Positions 48,701-61,062 of a stretch of DNA of 64,000 nucleotides are shown here, piece by piece. Made by a program: the position numbers and the translations under genes. The notes beneath the pieces are model-generated. The model was not told the origin of the DNA. It saw nothing but the letters and a program-made list of their open reading frames with translations, and did no database searches. This DNA is from Vitrella brassicaformis CCMP3155 (lineage: Eukaryota; Protista; Chromerida). Each line of letters starts with the position of its first letter. Positions within the stretch are counted from its first letter, which is position 1. The DNA is taken from the NCBI GenBank assembly GCA_001179505.1, contig CDMY01000366.1, positions 398,244-462,243 on the forward strand, read 5' to 3'.

Positions 48701-48777
48701 CGGAGCCCACCCCGCCGCTGTCAGAGGGCAGCAGCGCCCCCGGTAGCCCGCCCGGAGAGGAGAAGGGCGAAGAGTAG
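45704..48777 (+). CDS. Multi-domain adaptor: ubiquitin/PB1-like N-terminus, SH3 domain, MYND zinc finger, low-complexity linkers
   Basis: SH3: YRLVNASYK|ADKGDGMQLTVKKGDAVQVFLRDPSGWTYG|LSNGNCGWFPDRCL. MYND: CRRCRVKE...|VCGGCRFVRFCSDVCQEASKHSHVDTGEC. N-terminus MAGRIKLQLSGGGPPRWLLLPKDWEELK (PB1-like call is weak). Confidence 0.8.
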
Positions 48778-50095
48778 ATAGCCAGTACGAAACACACAGA
48801 GGGAGGGAGGGGGTGGGTTGGTATCGTTAGATGGGAGACGGGTGCTTGTGTGCAGGCAGAAAGAGAGGGATGGCTGTGTGTGATGGGTGTCGATAGTGGC
48901 TGAGTGAGTTGGGGGGCGCCTGAAGGAGGACGGGAGGGAGGGGGAGGGGAGGGGAGGGCAGGAAGCCACAGCCACATCGCATGGGATGACCACCACACCA
49001 CATCACATCGCGTGCGTCCGTTTTTGGGGACGGCATGGATGTGCTCTCTCTTGGATGTGATCTCTCTCTCTCTCTCTCTGTATGTGTGATGAGATTAGTG
49101 AAGGATTGCCGTTTGGCATGAGATTGTAGCCAGCTGCCATGCCAGCAGAAGCCTTTCCATGCCTGCAATGCCTGCCTTGTGGGTTTCTCACCTGAATGGA
49201 TGCATGTGTGAATGCCTGCAGCCTATGCCTGGCTGGCTGTCTTTTCTGCAGGTCCGGTATCCACCACCCGGCCATCGACCAAAGATAGACAGGGAGACAG
49301 ACAGACAGGCAGGCAGCCCACAGGAATGAACTCGAGGGCGTAGATGTAAAGAGGAGAGAGAGCACGGTCGCCCGGAGAGCGAGGGCGGCAAGACAGGCAG
49401 GCATGCAGCTATTTTGAGATAAGACGATAAGACGAAGGCACCTTTTCTTAGATATGCAGCCCGGGCTCATTCTTGGGATGGATTGGCTAGCGGGCATGGG
49501 TCACGCATCTTTGGACGACTGTGTGCAGCTGTCTGCCTGTCCATGTCTCTTCGCGTGCGTCTGTGTAGTGTGTGTGTGGCTGGCTGGCGAATTAAGGGTG
49601 TCTAGGGGGCCTCGCGTGCGTCAGTTGGGTGGAGTGGGGTGTGGTGGGATGGGTGGACGAACCGAAACAAAAGAACAAAAGACACATATATACATAAGAG
49701 CCAGGCGATAGCTAGACCCTGATGGCTGAAGCAGCATAAGTCGACGAAACACCAGCACGCGAAGCGAAGCGCAGCCAACACACGGAGGTTGTTTCTGAGA
49801 CACGAGCTGGATGCCCTCTTCATGACAAATCGATGCGAAGAATGGATCTTGGAATGGATGTGCATACAAACAGGGACAAAAGTCCGTAACAGACGAGACT
49901 TTTGAGTCACGACAGCGCAAACTGACAGATTTTGACACAAGTGGCCTGGAAGTCATGGTTTGACCTCCTGGGCGATCGCGAGACTGGGGGGCATTGACGT
50001 CGAGAATTCAGCGGACGGGACGGGACAAGGGACGGGACGAATTTTTTTGATGCATTGAACAGCAACCTTTTGCTGTCGACTGCGTCTGTTCCAGA

Positions 50096-52420
50096 ATGTG
50101 CCACTGCGATGCAGCGTGTGCCGCCAACACCATTCTGCTCAACTCGCCCGGCACCGTTCGCCGGTACCTGCAGGACAAATACCCCTCCGGCCTCAGCCTC
50201 CCAGACGCCCTCGGCCGTGACAGCAACAGTGACGCCTGTTTGCCTTTGTGCCGTTCGACCTCGGCGAGGAGAGGCGCATCGGCCAGATACCCATGGGCAA
50301 GCCCTAGGGCAAGCCGCTGGAGGAGGCTCCCGAGGTGGGGGTCTTCGTCGTCGAGCAGTGGCGGAGGGAGGGGCGGGGGCTGGCCGGGTCTGACCCACCC
50401 ACCGCGAGCCGCTACCAGAACCTGTATCGGCGGCTCGACACGGTCCTGGACGAGTGGGCGGCGGGGGGATACGTCGTGTGCGTCGACGGACAGCGGGTGG
50501 AAATGGTGGTGGACGGCGAGGCCATGGTCGTCTTTGAAGCCGGCCCCGCCCTGCAGCACTCACTCTCCTGTAGGACAGACTTGCTCCTGAGCCTGGCCAC
50601 GGCTGCGGGCATCCATCTCAACGGCAAAGAGGATGAGGTGCTGTACGGCAAGGAGCGGCTGCTCGCGTGGCGGCACACGCTCCCCCAGCTGCAGGACGCC
50701 GCCGTCCGGCTGGACGACAGTGCAGCCCCAGGCGTCTCTCCATCGCTCATGGCCATCGGCACATACGTCGTGGGTGTGATGATGGACGTGTCGACGAAGG
50801 CCCTCCAGCCCCTCCCCGAGCAGCGGTGCAGCCTCAGCGAACTTCTGCTGCCCCTGGAGAAGGCGCTGCTCCACATCAACCACCACGACATTGACAAGGT
50901 GGCCTTGATGGGGGACCCTTCATAGCGCTTGAGGGAGATGATCGCCTCCAGCTGTCATCAAAGGACGAGGCAGACGTGCAGGAGGTAGGTGGACATACAC
51001 ACACTCCGGGATGGGGTGCATCTCTAGAGGAGCTGACATGCCTGAATGAGCGGTGGATTGGTCTGTGTGTGTGTCTCTCCTGCCTGCGGTCCAGATGTTC
51101 GCTGTCACGCCTGCTGCAGAGGACACCGGGAGCGGCGTGCCATTCCAGAAGGTAGAGCAACACGTTACACAACGCACCTTTATATGCGCCTCTGGCTGGG
51201 TGTGTGTGTCTGATGGTGTGACAGATCGTGACCGCTGCCTCTCCGAGTGGCTCCCAAGACGGCCAGAGCGCCAAGGAGAAGGACGACTGGGCCAAGGTAC
51301 TGTACGCACACGGGCGGTAGGCCGGTGCCACAATTGTTGGTCTCTCTCTCTCTCTCTCTCTGCGTGTTTGTGTGTGTGTGTGTGTGTGTGTGCAGATGTT
51401 GGACCCCCGGCCTGCCGAGACATCAGGCGCCGCGACATTCGAAAAGGTGAGAAAAACCCTGCCTGTCTGTCGATGGCTGGATGTCTGAACGTATATGCAT
51501 ATGTATGTGTCTTGTTTGACAGATCATCACTGTCGGCGTCCCCACCAGTGCCGCTGCAGCCGCGGCAGCGTCACCATCAAGTAGCGAAGATGTACGTATC
51601 ACGAAGCCAAACAGACAAGGCGTGCACCCACTCGTTCATGGCGTGTATGTGTTGACGGATGGGCTCATGGATGGCTGTAGGCGTCGCGTGTGTCTAGTTC
51701 CCGTGTTGACGTCGGCAGACCCTCGGCCGCCCCTGGCGCTCCATCTGCTCCATCGTCTGTGCTGTCGCTCTCCCAGCACCCCCATCCCTCTGTTCCCACA
51801 CGGCCTCCTCCCCTCCACGCAGGACAGCCCAGTGGTGGCAGCTCGGCGATGCGCGTGTTGGGTGGGCCGGCACCTGCAATGCCGCTGGGCGGTGCCAACG
51901 GGTCGACTGAGGGTACTGTGGAGCGGGGTGGAGCGGGGCGCGACAGACCATCACATGAGAGCTGCTCAGGTACGCAACCGTATACCGATGCGCACCCATC
52001 GTCTTTGTCTGTCTGCGTGTATGCGTCTGTCTGTGCATGCAGGGGGGTGTGGACAATACTTCTGCGGCAGGCGCATCGGCTCCTCGTACCGTGTGGGGTC
52101 CTCTTGGCTCGCAGACGGACGTGCAGCAGCCCTCCCGGCCCCCTGGGCTGACGCCATCGTCTCCTAGTGCTGCTGCTGCTGGACCAGCACCGCCGCCTCA
52201 GGTACGTTACGACTGCACGGTCCGCACCATCAGCATACAGACACAAACACGCTTTCATCGATGCGTGTGTGTGTGTGTCCCGTGTTGTTTGCCTCCGTGC
52301 ATGCCACACCTGTGTCGACTGGGGGAGTGCCGAGCGGCCCTTCGGCAGCACGGCGTCGCTTGCTGCCATCCCGAACAACACACAGAGGCCGGTGAGGGCG
52401 ACCACGAACAAAACACACAC
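50096..52420 (+). pseudogene. Disrupted lineage-specific gene with a frameshift and an in-frame TAG, followed by small low-complexity exons
   Basis: The frame starting at 50096 (LLNSPGTVRRYLQDKYP) shifts near 50230 into RLFAFVPFDLGEERRIGQIPMGKP*GKPLEE..., which stays open to 50925. GT-AG mini-exons follow at ~51097, 51224, 51396, 51522, 51681 and 52042. Confidence 0.55.
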
Positions 52421-52801
52421 ACACACACACACACGACCACGAACTTGAATGCACACTTCTCAGAAGTCTCATGTCTGTCCGTCTGCCTGTCTGTCTTTGT
52501 GGCAAGAAGATGAATCGTTGCCTACATCTTTATATCCCGATCGTAACTTTCTCAAGCAGCCCAGCCAGCCAGCCCCAGTCCAGTCCCGTCAACCTCAACA
52601 CGCACATCGACACGCCCAAGTCCATCGACACACAGACTCAGTGTGAGCAGAACCAACCCACACACAAACACACAGACAGACCAATGCATGCATGTCTCAC
52701 TTCTCTGTCTGTCTGTCTGTCTGTCTGTCTGTGACACGTGTCAGTCAATGACTGACCTCTCTCTGTTTCGTGTGTGTCCTGCAGTCGAGCAGTGTCAATG
52801 C

Positions 52802-53284
52802 TCAGGACACAATGCAATGCATGAGCAGCCGATGAGTCATAACCAATGGATGGATGTGACAAACCTTTAGTCGCATATGTATGTATGTATGTGTGACTCC
52901 TTCACTCCTGCTTGCCCACCCAACAGCTCGACGCTTCTCGGCTTGTGCAGCAGCCGGCCGATGTTGCAACATCTCCGCGAGGGTCACATACGCATAGCCG
53001 TCGTCTGCCGCCACCGAGGAAGTGACCTTGAAGGTGTAGCTGATGTGAATCCAGTCGATGTCATGCAAGTGCATCTCGCCTTCCTTCAGCTTGGAGGGGC
53101 GAGATTCAACCTCGGGCGTCAGAGTCGACGAAGACGACGGCTCGGCCACTGCAGCCACGGCCGACAGACAGACAGACACCTCGTGGCGTGTATCTTGCGT
53201 GTGTGTGTGTGTCTCGTCAGCGTGGCGAGGACATGATGAAAGGTTAGCTATTGCGGCACTCCACCCAAGCCCCATGAGGTACAC
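52802..53284 (-). pseudogene. Possible gene fragment (KLKEGEMHLHDIDWIHISYTFKVTSS...YAYVTLAEMLQ)
   Basis: Complex, non-repetitive coding-like segment between intron-like microsatellites; no start or family recognised. Confidence 0.3.
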
Positions 53285-53619
53285 TCACACACGCAGCACC
53301 CATACATGTGTGTGTGTGTGTGTGTGACGGTGCATGCCTCCGCGACACAAATGTGTGTGTGTGTGTGCGTGTGTGTGCAGATACCTCTGCCACACACAGC
53401 TGAATCAATGGGGTTCGGCCAGAGACTGGGCGAATCGGTATATGCCGGTCTAATCGGTCAGTGCGACAAACGACATATACCGGTTGGCCCGGTGTGTGTG
53501 TGTGTGTGAGCAGTGCACACACACTCAACAGAGGGAGCGGCTTCGTGTCATTAGCCAGGGGCACTTGGCTCCTTCGTTTCGTGGGCGATCAAAGCGCGCT
53601 TGGCAGTATCGATAGTGTG

Positions 53620-53995
53620 GCGTTTTGTATGGGCCATTGCATTGCATTGCATTGCATTACATTGCATTGCATTGATGAGTCTATGCACATCAGCAGATGT
53701 CACCTTCCTGACCCCTCCCTCCCCGCCACTCCTCTGAGTGTGCCGGTTACCGACACACCCAGCGATACCCCTGACACAAACGGTCAAACGGACAGCCCAC
53801 TGCTTCATATTATCCACACACACACACACGAAGCGACGCAGACAGCCGCACACACACACGTGCCATCCCAGACAGCCAGTCACGTGCCCCCCGCTTGTAT
53901 GGATGTGTAGCTGCTACGTCCGTCGGCCCTCACCCACTCACTCACCCAGCCACCCACCAGTCAGTCAGTCAGTCTATGTGTGCAATCAGTCGCCT
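53620..53995. repeat. Non-coding flank duplicated at ~63210-63630 (offset ~9.6 kb)
   Basis: For example, gtgtgccggttaccgacacacccagcgatacccctgacacaaacggtcaaacggacagcccac at ~53738 versus a near-identical stretch at ~63313. Confidence 0.85.
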
Positions 53996-56840
53996 CAGCC
54001 TCGCTGCTGGCTGCCCTTCCCTTGTGCAGCACGGCTGCCATCTGTCCGCCCAGCCCCGTTGGCCGACGGCGACGGCATCGGGCGCATGCCCGTGGCGCCG
54101 GCGTGAATGTGATACTGCTGCACTGGCGATGGCTGGTTCATCATCATGTCGCGATGTGCTGGGGCTGGTGCGGGGCGGTGTGGCGACGTCAGCACAAACG
54201 GCGGGCTGGCCGATTCAAACCCAAACCGCCCGACAGCAGGGTGAGGGAGTGCAGTGAGGTGGGGCGGGGCAGCGGGGGGCGATGGCTGGGCGGCAAACAG
54301 AGACGGGTGGGGGGGTAAGATGGGACGGGGCTGTGGGTAGAAGTGGCTGGCTATGTTGGGCATCAGGTAGTTGTGTGCCGGGCCGGGCGTCGCGGCACTC
54401 ACCTGAGTGAGGCACAGACCGACACGGATAGACGCAGTGAGTGGACAGACAGATCGGTGGCTCATTTGTGTGAAGAGACGTCTTCCTTACAGGCAGGTTG
54501 ACGACACGAGAGCTCTCTAAGGGGCCGCCAGCAGCGGGTGCAGACACGCGTGCACTGCCGACAGGCGCCTGTGCATAACAAAAAGGGAGAGACCATCTGG
54601 GCTGGTACCTGTGCCTGCCTGTGTCGGTGTGGCTGCTGGTGTACCTGCTGGTGGTCGTCCTGATGTGTCAAGTGCTGTAGTCGATCGCGCAACACAGCCA
54701 GCTGTGCCTCTGCCACACACATACACAGACGGTGCCATTGTCCATCCAATGAGAGTGTGCCACAGACCGACTCACCTTGCGACCCGGCTTCGGAGATAAC
54801 GTTCCTCAGCTCTATATACATATGCTCGCACATATGCTCGCACTTGTCTTCCTGTACGTGAATCAATGGTCGCAATGCAATGCATGATACCCAGCCAGCC
54901 AGCCATGCATTCATACCTGTTGCGTCGACGTCTCGCTTGTCCCTCCTCCCTCCACCTGCTGCTGCGATGCCGTCCGCACTGCTGTCGTCCGCAGGCTGCC
55001 CCCGGCTCCCTCAGGTGCTACTGCTTGCGGCGATGCTGCTGCCGCTGCCGCTGCTGCCGCCGATGACAATGTAGGTGCCTCAGCTGCGCCACCCTCACCT
55101 GCCCAAGGCACACACAAACACACACACACACACACAAATATGATGTGAGGCAGGTCGACGTGGGGGGCTCTAATCAGTGTGCGGCTGTGACCTTCGCTGC
55201 CCTCTCCGCTGCCGTCATCTACACCATCACCCTTGCCGCCGCTGCCATCGTCCGAATCTGCACACACCACACTCAGACACACAGACAGAGAGAGAGAGAG
55301 AGATAAGGCACATTCTCCATCCATCTGTGTGTGTCCGTGCCATCGTCGCTGTCGTCATCCATATCATCCCAACCGCCGCCATGGCCGTCGGAATCTACAC
55401 CACACACACAGATAGAGAAGTAAATCCCAGCCATCCATCCATCCATGGCCACCATGTGTGTGCGTGTGTCCCTCTCTTCCCCTGTCCGCACCGTCATCAT
55501 CCTGCAGCTGGTCTTCTACTTGGCCGTCGAAGACGTACGGCGCCACACGCCCCAGCGCCACACGGGCCAGCCGAGTGGTCACGGGGAAGCGGTCCTTGAA
55601 GGCACCGCTCGCACGCGCAGGCGCCTCAGTCGTCGAGACACGAACCCTCGCTGCAGACAATGACAGACAGAGAAGACACATGTGGCATTGTGCAGAGCTG
55701 CCTGTCTGTCGGTCTCACCGTTGCCGAAGTTCTCCCACAAAATGGAAACCCACGCGACGAAGGTGTGGCTGTCGTCGGTGAGCACCAGAGTCCGCACATT
55801 ACCGTTCCAGCTGAGTGTGGTGGTGCAGCCGGCCACCGGTGTGTGGGGCGACTGAGTGAGGAGGCCATCCAGACGGCCGCCTCCAACACGCCTGAACCAC
55901 ACACAGACACACACACACACACACACAATCACACAAACACCCCTCTGGCCACTGGTGGAATTCGTGTGATACCTGTTTAGAAGTATGTATGATGTGTCAT
56001 TGATCTGGTGAGTCCAGCTGAAGTGGTGGAGGATCATGGCCTTGGCGAACGACGACAATGACGCATCGGTGTCCTCGAGAACGCTCAACGCCCAGGGGCC
56101 TTCATAGTGGGAGATGCTTCTTTCCACTGGTGGGTCATGCTGTAGTCGGTGCTGCCGATACAGATGGAGGGCGCGAGGGAGGCTCGGGTTGACGTCCAGC
56201 CGGAACCCGGCCTGGTCCTTGATGGCCCCCACCTTACCGTTGCCACGCCAATGGTTGGCAAGGCGGAGGATCTGCAGGCAGCTGCCGTCACCGAAGTCGA
56301 CGTGGCGGCCGACCACCATTAGCTGCGCCAACACACGAGCTAACAATCTATACGCCTACACGACACACACAGACAGAGAGAGAGGAGGGAATGAGTGAGG
56401 CTTCTCTGTTCCCTCCCGCCCCTCTGTGTGTGCCTTACCGTCTTGTTGGCGTGTTTGTTGATGTCAGGACTGGTGAGGGTGACGGGCAGCGTGCAGTAGC
56501 GGCACTGGCTGGCCCACTGCAGCACCTCTCGCGTCTCGTCCCACCGCCCGCCCTCCTCGGCTATCCGCACCGCCGCCAGCAGGTCACCCATCCCCAGCGA
56601 TGGGTCGAACCGCACCAGCTGCAGCTGTGGGGTGTTGATGCCATCGCCGTCACGCCTCAGTGAGTTGGCAAGGCGGTTGCGCAGCTCAGCGATGGTGAAG
56701 GAAGCCCGGATGCGCCGCGATGTGGCCCTGAGGCGGGAAACCGTGACGATGTCGGGCAGATGGCCCCGGCTGCCGACAAACAAGTGGCTAACGGGATGCT
56801 CCTGGGCGGCCATCGTCCCACCAGCACCCACGTCAGCCAT
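53995..56840 (-). CDS. Lineage-expanded family, copy A (core plus one C-terminal exon module)
   Basis: MADVGAGG...LFVGSRGHLPDIVTVSRLRATSRR...AVRIAEEGGRW...PVTLT...NKT|...ARVLAQLMVVGRHVDFGDG...HDPPV...SSFAK...HFSWTH|...LLTQSPHTPVAGCTT...|FKDRFPVTTRLARV, then Ala-rich, AEAQLAVLRDRLQ and NYLMPNIASHFYPQP exons. In-frame splicing of every C-terminal exon not verified. Confidence 0.75.
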
Positions 56841-57602
56841 CACGCCAAGCCGTTAACACATCTACGATGAATCCGACAACTGTCACCTGATGGCCGAAAA
56901 AGTGGGCTCGAAATGATCGAGTTCATTGCTCTCCTGAAGTATGTAACTGTAGACCGCATAGAATGGGAGGGGCGAGATGGCTTTCGGGGAGCTGAGCTTG
57001 CGCAGGGTCGACCTTGAAAGGCAAGAGCCATTTGCGGCTGTATCGGCTCCAGGCGGTAACCCGATGTGAGATCTACCGATTTGGAGCAAGCTGATTCATC
57101 CTTTCTATCCATCAGTGCTGCCGGCCGATGAGATTCCCTTCAAGTTCGATTGGATCATGACGGACGGTTCGTTCAAGCCAGCAGGTATTCATCACATTTT
57201 GCGTCGACCTGTCTGTCCACTTGACTAAAACCCGTCTGTCATCCGTCTGCACGCACAGGCTATGGCAGCACCGGCCCCATGACAATGAAGTGGGATGGAG
57301 TGGGATGGAATGTGATGAATGCGATCATGACCACCCCACCCAATCAGTCGATCAGCCACTCACTCAGCCATGGAGACAGAGAGAGGACAGCCAGTCAGTC
57401 GAGATACCTTTACTTACACGCATAAATCCATCAATACGAACGAACACCTTACCTGTGTGTGGTCGGCCAACCGCAGTGAGTGCAATTGAACTGCTCCCTC
57501 CCTCCCTCCCTCTGTCTGTCTGTCTGTCTGTCTGTCTGTGGTCGTCGTGTGTGTGCGCATTTGCTGCTCGTGTCAGTCGTGTTTGATGCATACCTCAGCT
57601 GT

Positions 57603-58787
57603 CTATTGGCCGAAAAGGATGGCTGAGATGACGGCCCCCAGCACCACACGCGCCAGCCGAGTGGTCTCCAGGAAGCGGTCCTTGAAGGCACCGCCCACAC
57701 CAGACACAGCCGACTCGGTCGTCACGATGTACACATCCACTGCGAACGAATGACAGGAGACGACAGCAGCGGACGGCGCATGAGAGTGAGTGCTGGGTGT
57801 GTGTGAGTGCTGGGTGTGCGTGTGCTTTTTACCCTCCCTCCCCCTGTTGTTGTACCGTCTGGACTGACCGGTGTTCATGTAGGGGCTCTTTATGATCATG
57901 ATCCATGCCACGAACGAGTGGCCAGCGTCGGTCAGGACGAGACGATGATAAGCACAGCCGCCAACGGAGCGGCATGATGTCGTGGTGGTGCATCCCTCCA
58001 CTGGTGTGTGGGGGGACTGTGTCAGCAGGGTGTTCAGCCGGCTGTTGTCGACATGCCTGACACACACACAGTGTGTGTCGTGACAGTGCCAGCACACAGT
58101 GATACCCCTCTTGACCTGTCGATCATACGGTAAGTGTAGTTCCTCGGGTGAGTCATGTGGAAGTGGTCGAGGATCTGTTCCTTGGCAAACGACGACACAC
58201 ACGAGGAGAGCCGAGCCTCCCGCGACAGCCAGCCAAAAGTCGGTGAGGGATATGCAATGTTGTTACGGACGGGCGGGTCATGCGGCTGTCGGTGCTGTTG
58301 GTAGGGGTGGTTGGCACCGAGGGGTGGGTCGACCTCCAGCTCGAAGCCGGGCTGGTCGATGATGGCCCGCACCTGATTACCGTGCTGGAACAGCTGGAAG
58401 GTCACACCGTCGCCGAAGTGGACGTGGCGGCCGACCATCCTGAGCTGCGCCAACACACGGGGAGCCGACACATACGCCTACACGACACACACAGGACGAC
58501 AGAGACAGACGCACAGAGAGAATGAGGCCCTCTCCCCCTCCCCCGCCCTCCCCGCCCGTCTGTTTGTTGGCTCACCGTTTTGTTTGCGTGTGTGTTGATG
58601 TCAGCACTACTGAGGGTCACAGGCAGCCCACAGTTGCCGCACTGCCCCGCCAGCTCAATCACCTCGCCCATCTCCACCCATGGCCTCTCCTCCACCACAC
58701 ACACAGCCGCCAGCAGATCATGTGCGCCGAAAAGGTCGTCGTCGAACCGCAGCAGCTGCACTTGCTGCCCATTCACCGCCCGCCGCA
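57603..58787 (-). CDS. Same family, copy B (core only; 5' end lost in gap)
   Basis: QVQLLRFDDD...PVTLSSADINTHANKT|...PRVLAQLRMVGRHVHFGDG...HDPPV...SSFAK|...LLTQSPHTPVEGCTT...FKDRFLETTRLARVVLGAVISAILFGQ*. Confidence 0.75.
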
Positions 58788-59087
58788 NNNNNNNNNNNNN
58801 NNNNNNNNNNNNNNNNNNNNNNNNNNNNNNNNNNNNNNNNNNNNNNNNNNNNNNNNNNNNNNNNNNNNNNNNNNNNNNNNNNNNNNNNNNNNNNNNNNNN
58901 NNNNNNNNNNNNNNNNNNNNNNNNNNNNNNNNNNNNNNNNNNNNNNNNNNNNNNNNNNNNNNNNNNNNNNNNNNNNNNNNNNNNNNNNNNNNNNNNNNNN
59001 NNNNNNNNNNNNNNNNNNNNNNNNNNNNNNNNNNNNNNNNNNNNNNNNNNNNNNNNNNNNNNNNNNNNNNNNNNNNNNNNNNNNNNN
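58788..59087. other. Assembly gap (300 N)
   Basis: Run of N. Confidence 1.
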
Positions 59088-61029
59088 GGCGTCGCGGCAC
59101 TCACCTGAGGCACAGACCGACATGGATGGACGCAGTGAGTGCAGTCGGTGGACAGACAGATCGGTGGCTCATTTGCGTGAAGAGACGTCCTGCTTACAGG
59201 CAGGTTGACGACACGAGAAGAACTCGTCAGGGGGCCGCCAGCAGCGGGTGCAGACACGGCTGCACTGCCGACAGGCGCCTGCGCATAACAAAAAGGGAGA
59301 GACCATCTGGGCTGGTGCCTGCCTGCGTCGGTGGCTGCTTGTGTACCTGCTGTTGGTTGTCCTGATGTGTCAAGTGCTGAAGTCGATTGCGCAACACAGA
59401 CATCTGTGCCTCTGCACACACACACACACAGACGGAAACGCTATGCAGCTGCAGAGACCGTGAGAAAGCTGACTGACGTTGCGACTCCTCCCCGGAGGTA
59501 GGGCGGTTCATCAGGTCGAGAATACGTAGACACAGAAGACGCCGCCCCCCCGTCTCGCTTATCTCTCCTTCCTGTTCCTGCTGCGATGCCATCCGCACTC
59601 CTCTCGTCCCCAGATTGCCCCCGGCTCCCTCAGGTACTCCTGCCGGCGGCGACGCTGCTGCCGCTGCCGCTGCCGCTGCTGATGACGCTGCCGCCGCCGA
59701 TGACAATGTAGGTGCTCCCTCGCGCAGAGAGGGGGGCGGGTCGATGGACAGAGGGGGCGGCGTGGGGGGGAGGTGGTGGAGATCTGATGCCTGCATGAAC
59801 GTGAGAGCAAACAGGGCACCCACATGGATCTATGTGTATTGTGTGTGAGTGTCTGGCTGCCCAATCAGTGTGCCCATGGAGACAGACGTACCTGACGATC
59901 TCCAGTAGCTGTCCCTCCCTCTGTCTCTGGCTGCGGCTGCTGCTCCACCTCGGCAAGCCCTGGTGTCGTCTGGTCGACCGCCGGTTCAGGGCGGTGCGGC
60001 GACGTCAGCACTAAGGGCGGGCCGGCCGATGCACTGCCAAACCCAAACGGCACGGCAGCAGGGTGAGGGAGTGCAATGAGGTGGGGCGGGGCAGCGGGGG
60101 GCGATGGCTGGGCGGCAAACAGAGGCGGGTGGGGGGGTAAGATGGAAGGGGGCTGTGGGTAGAAGTGGCTGGCTATGTTGGGCATCAGGTAGTTGTGTGC
60201 CGGGCCGAACGTCGCGGCACTCACCTGAGGCACAGACCGACATGGATGGACGCAGTGAGTGCAGTCAGTGGACAGACAGATCGGTGGCTCATTTGTGTGA
60301 AGAGACAGACGTCTTCCTTACAGGCAGGTTGACGACACGAGAAGAGCTCTCTAAGAGGCCGCCAGCAGCGGGTGCAGACACGCGTGCACTGCCGACAGGC
60401 GCCTGTGCAGCCTGCGCATAAACATAGAGGGAGAGACCATCTGGGCTGGTACCTGCCTGTGTCGGTCGCTGCTGATGTACCTGGTGGTGGTGGTGGTGGT
60501 CCTCATGTGTCATCTGCTGCAGTCGATCGCGCAACACAGCCAGCTGTGCCTCTGCACACACATACTCAGAGGGATACGCTGTCCGTCCATAGAGACCGTG
60601 GGGAAGTTGACTTACGGTGCGACTCCTCTCCGGAGGTAAAGCGGCCCGAGGCAGCTGAGATGTTCTTCAGGTCTTGAAGATGTAGATACTGTACATACTG
60701 ATACTGCAGCTCGTCCTCCGTCGACGTCTCGCTTGTCCCTCCTCCCGGCTGCTGCTGCTGCGATGTGGTCTGGACTGCTGTCGTCCGCACGTCGCCCCCG
60801 GCTCCCTCAGGTGCTACTGCTTGCAGCGATGCTACGGCCGGTGCTGCTGCTGCCGCCGATGACAATGTAGGTGCCTCAGCTGCGCCACCCTCACCTGCCC
60901 AAGGCACACACACACACACACACACACACATGACTGTGACGCAGGTCGACGTGGGGGGCTCTGTGGTGTGTGCGGCTGTATACCTCCGCCGCCCTCATCA
61001 CCAGCACCATCGTCCGAGTCTGTGCACAC

Positions 61030-61062
<33 letters not shown>

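Noticed and set aside
50008-50897. Minus-strand ORFs of 161-218 aa
   Set aside because: Antisense shadows of the plus-strand disrupted gene.
50860-50900. HINHHDIDK resembling a kinase HRDIK loop
   Set aside because: No Gly-rich loop, VAIK, DFG or APE motifs are visible, and a GT donor follows directly. Too weak to call a kinase.
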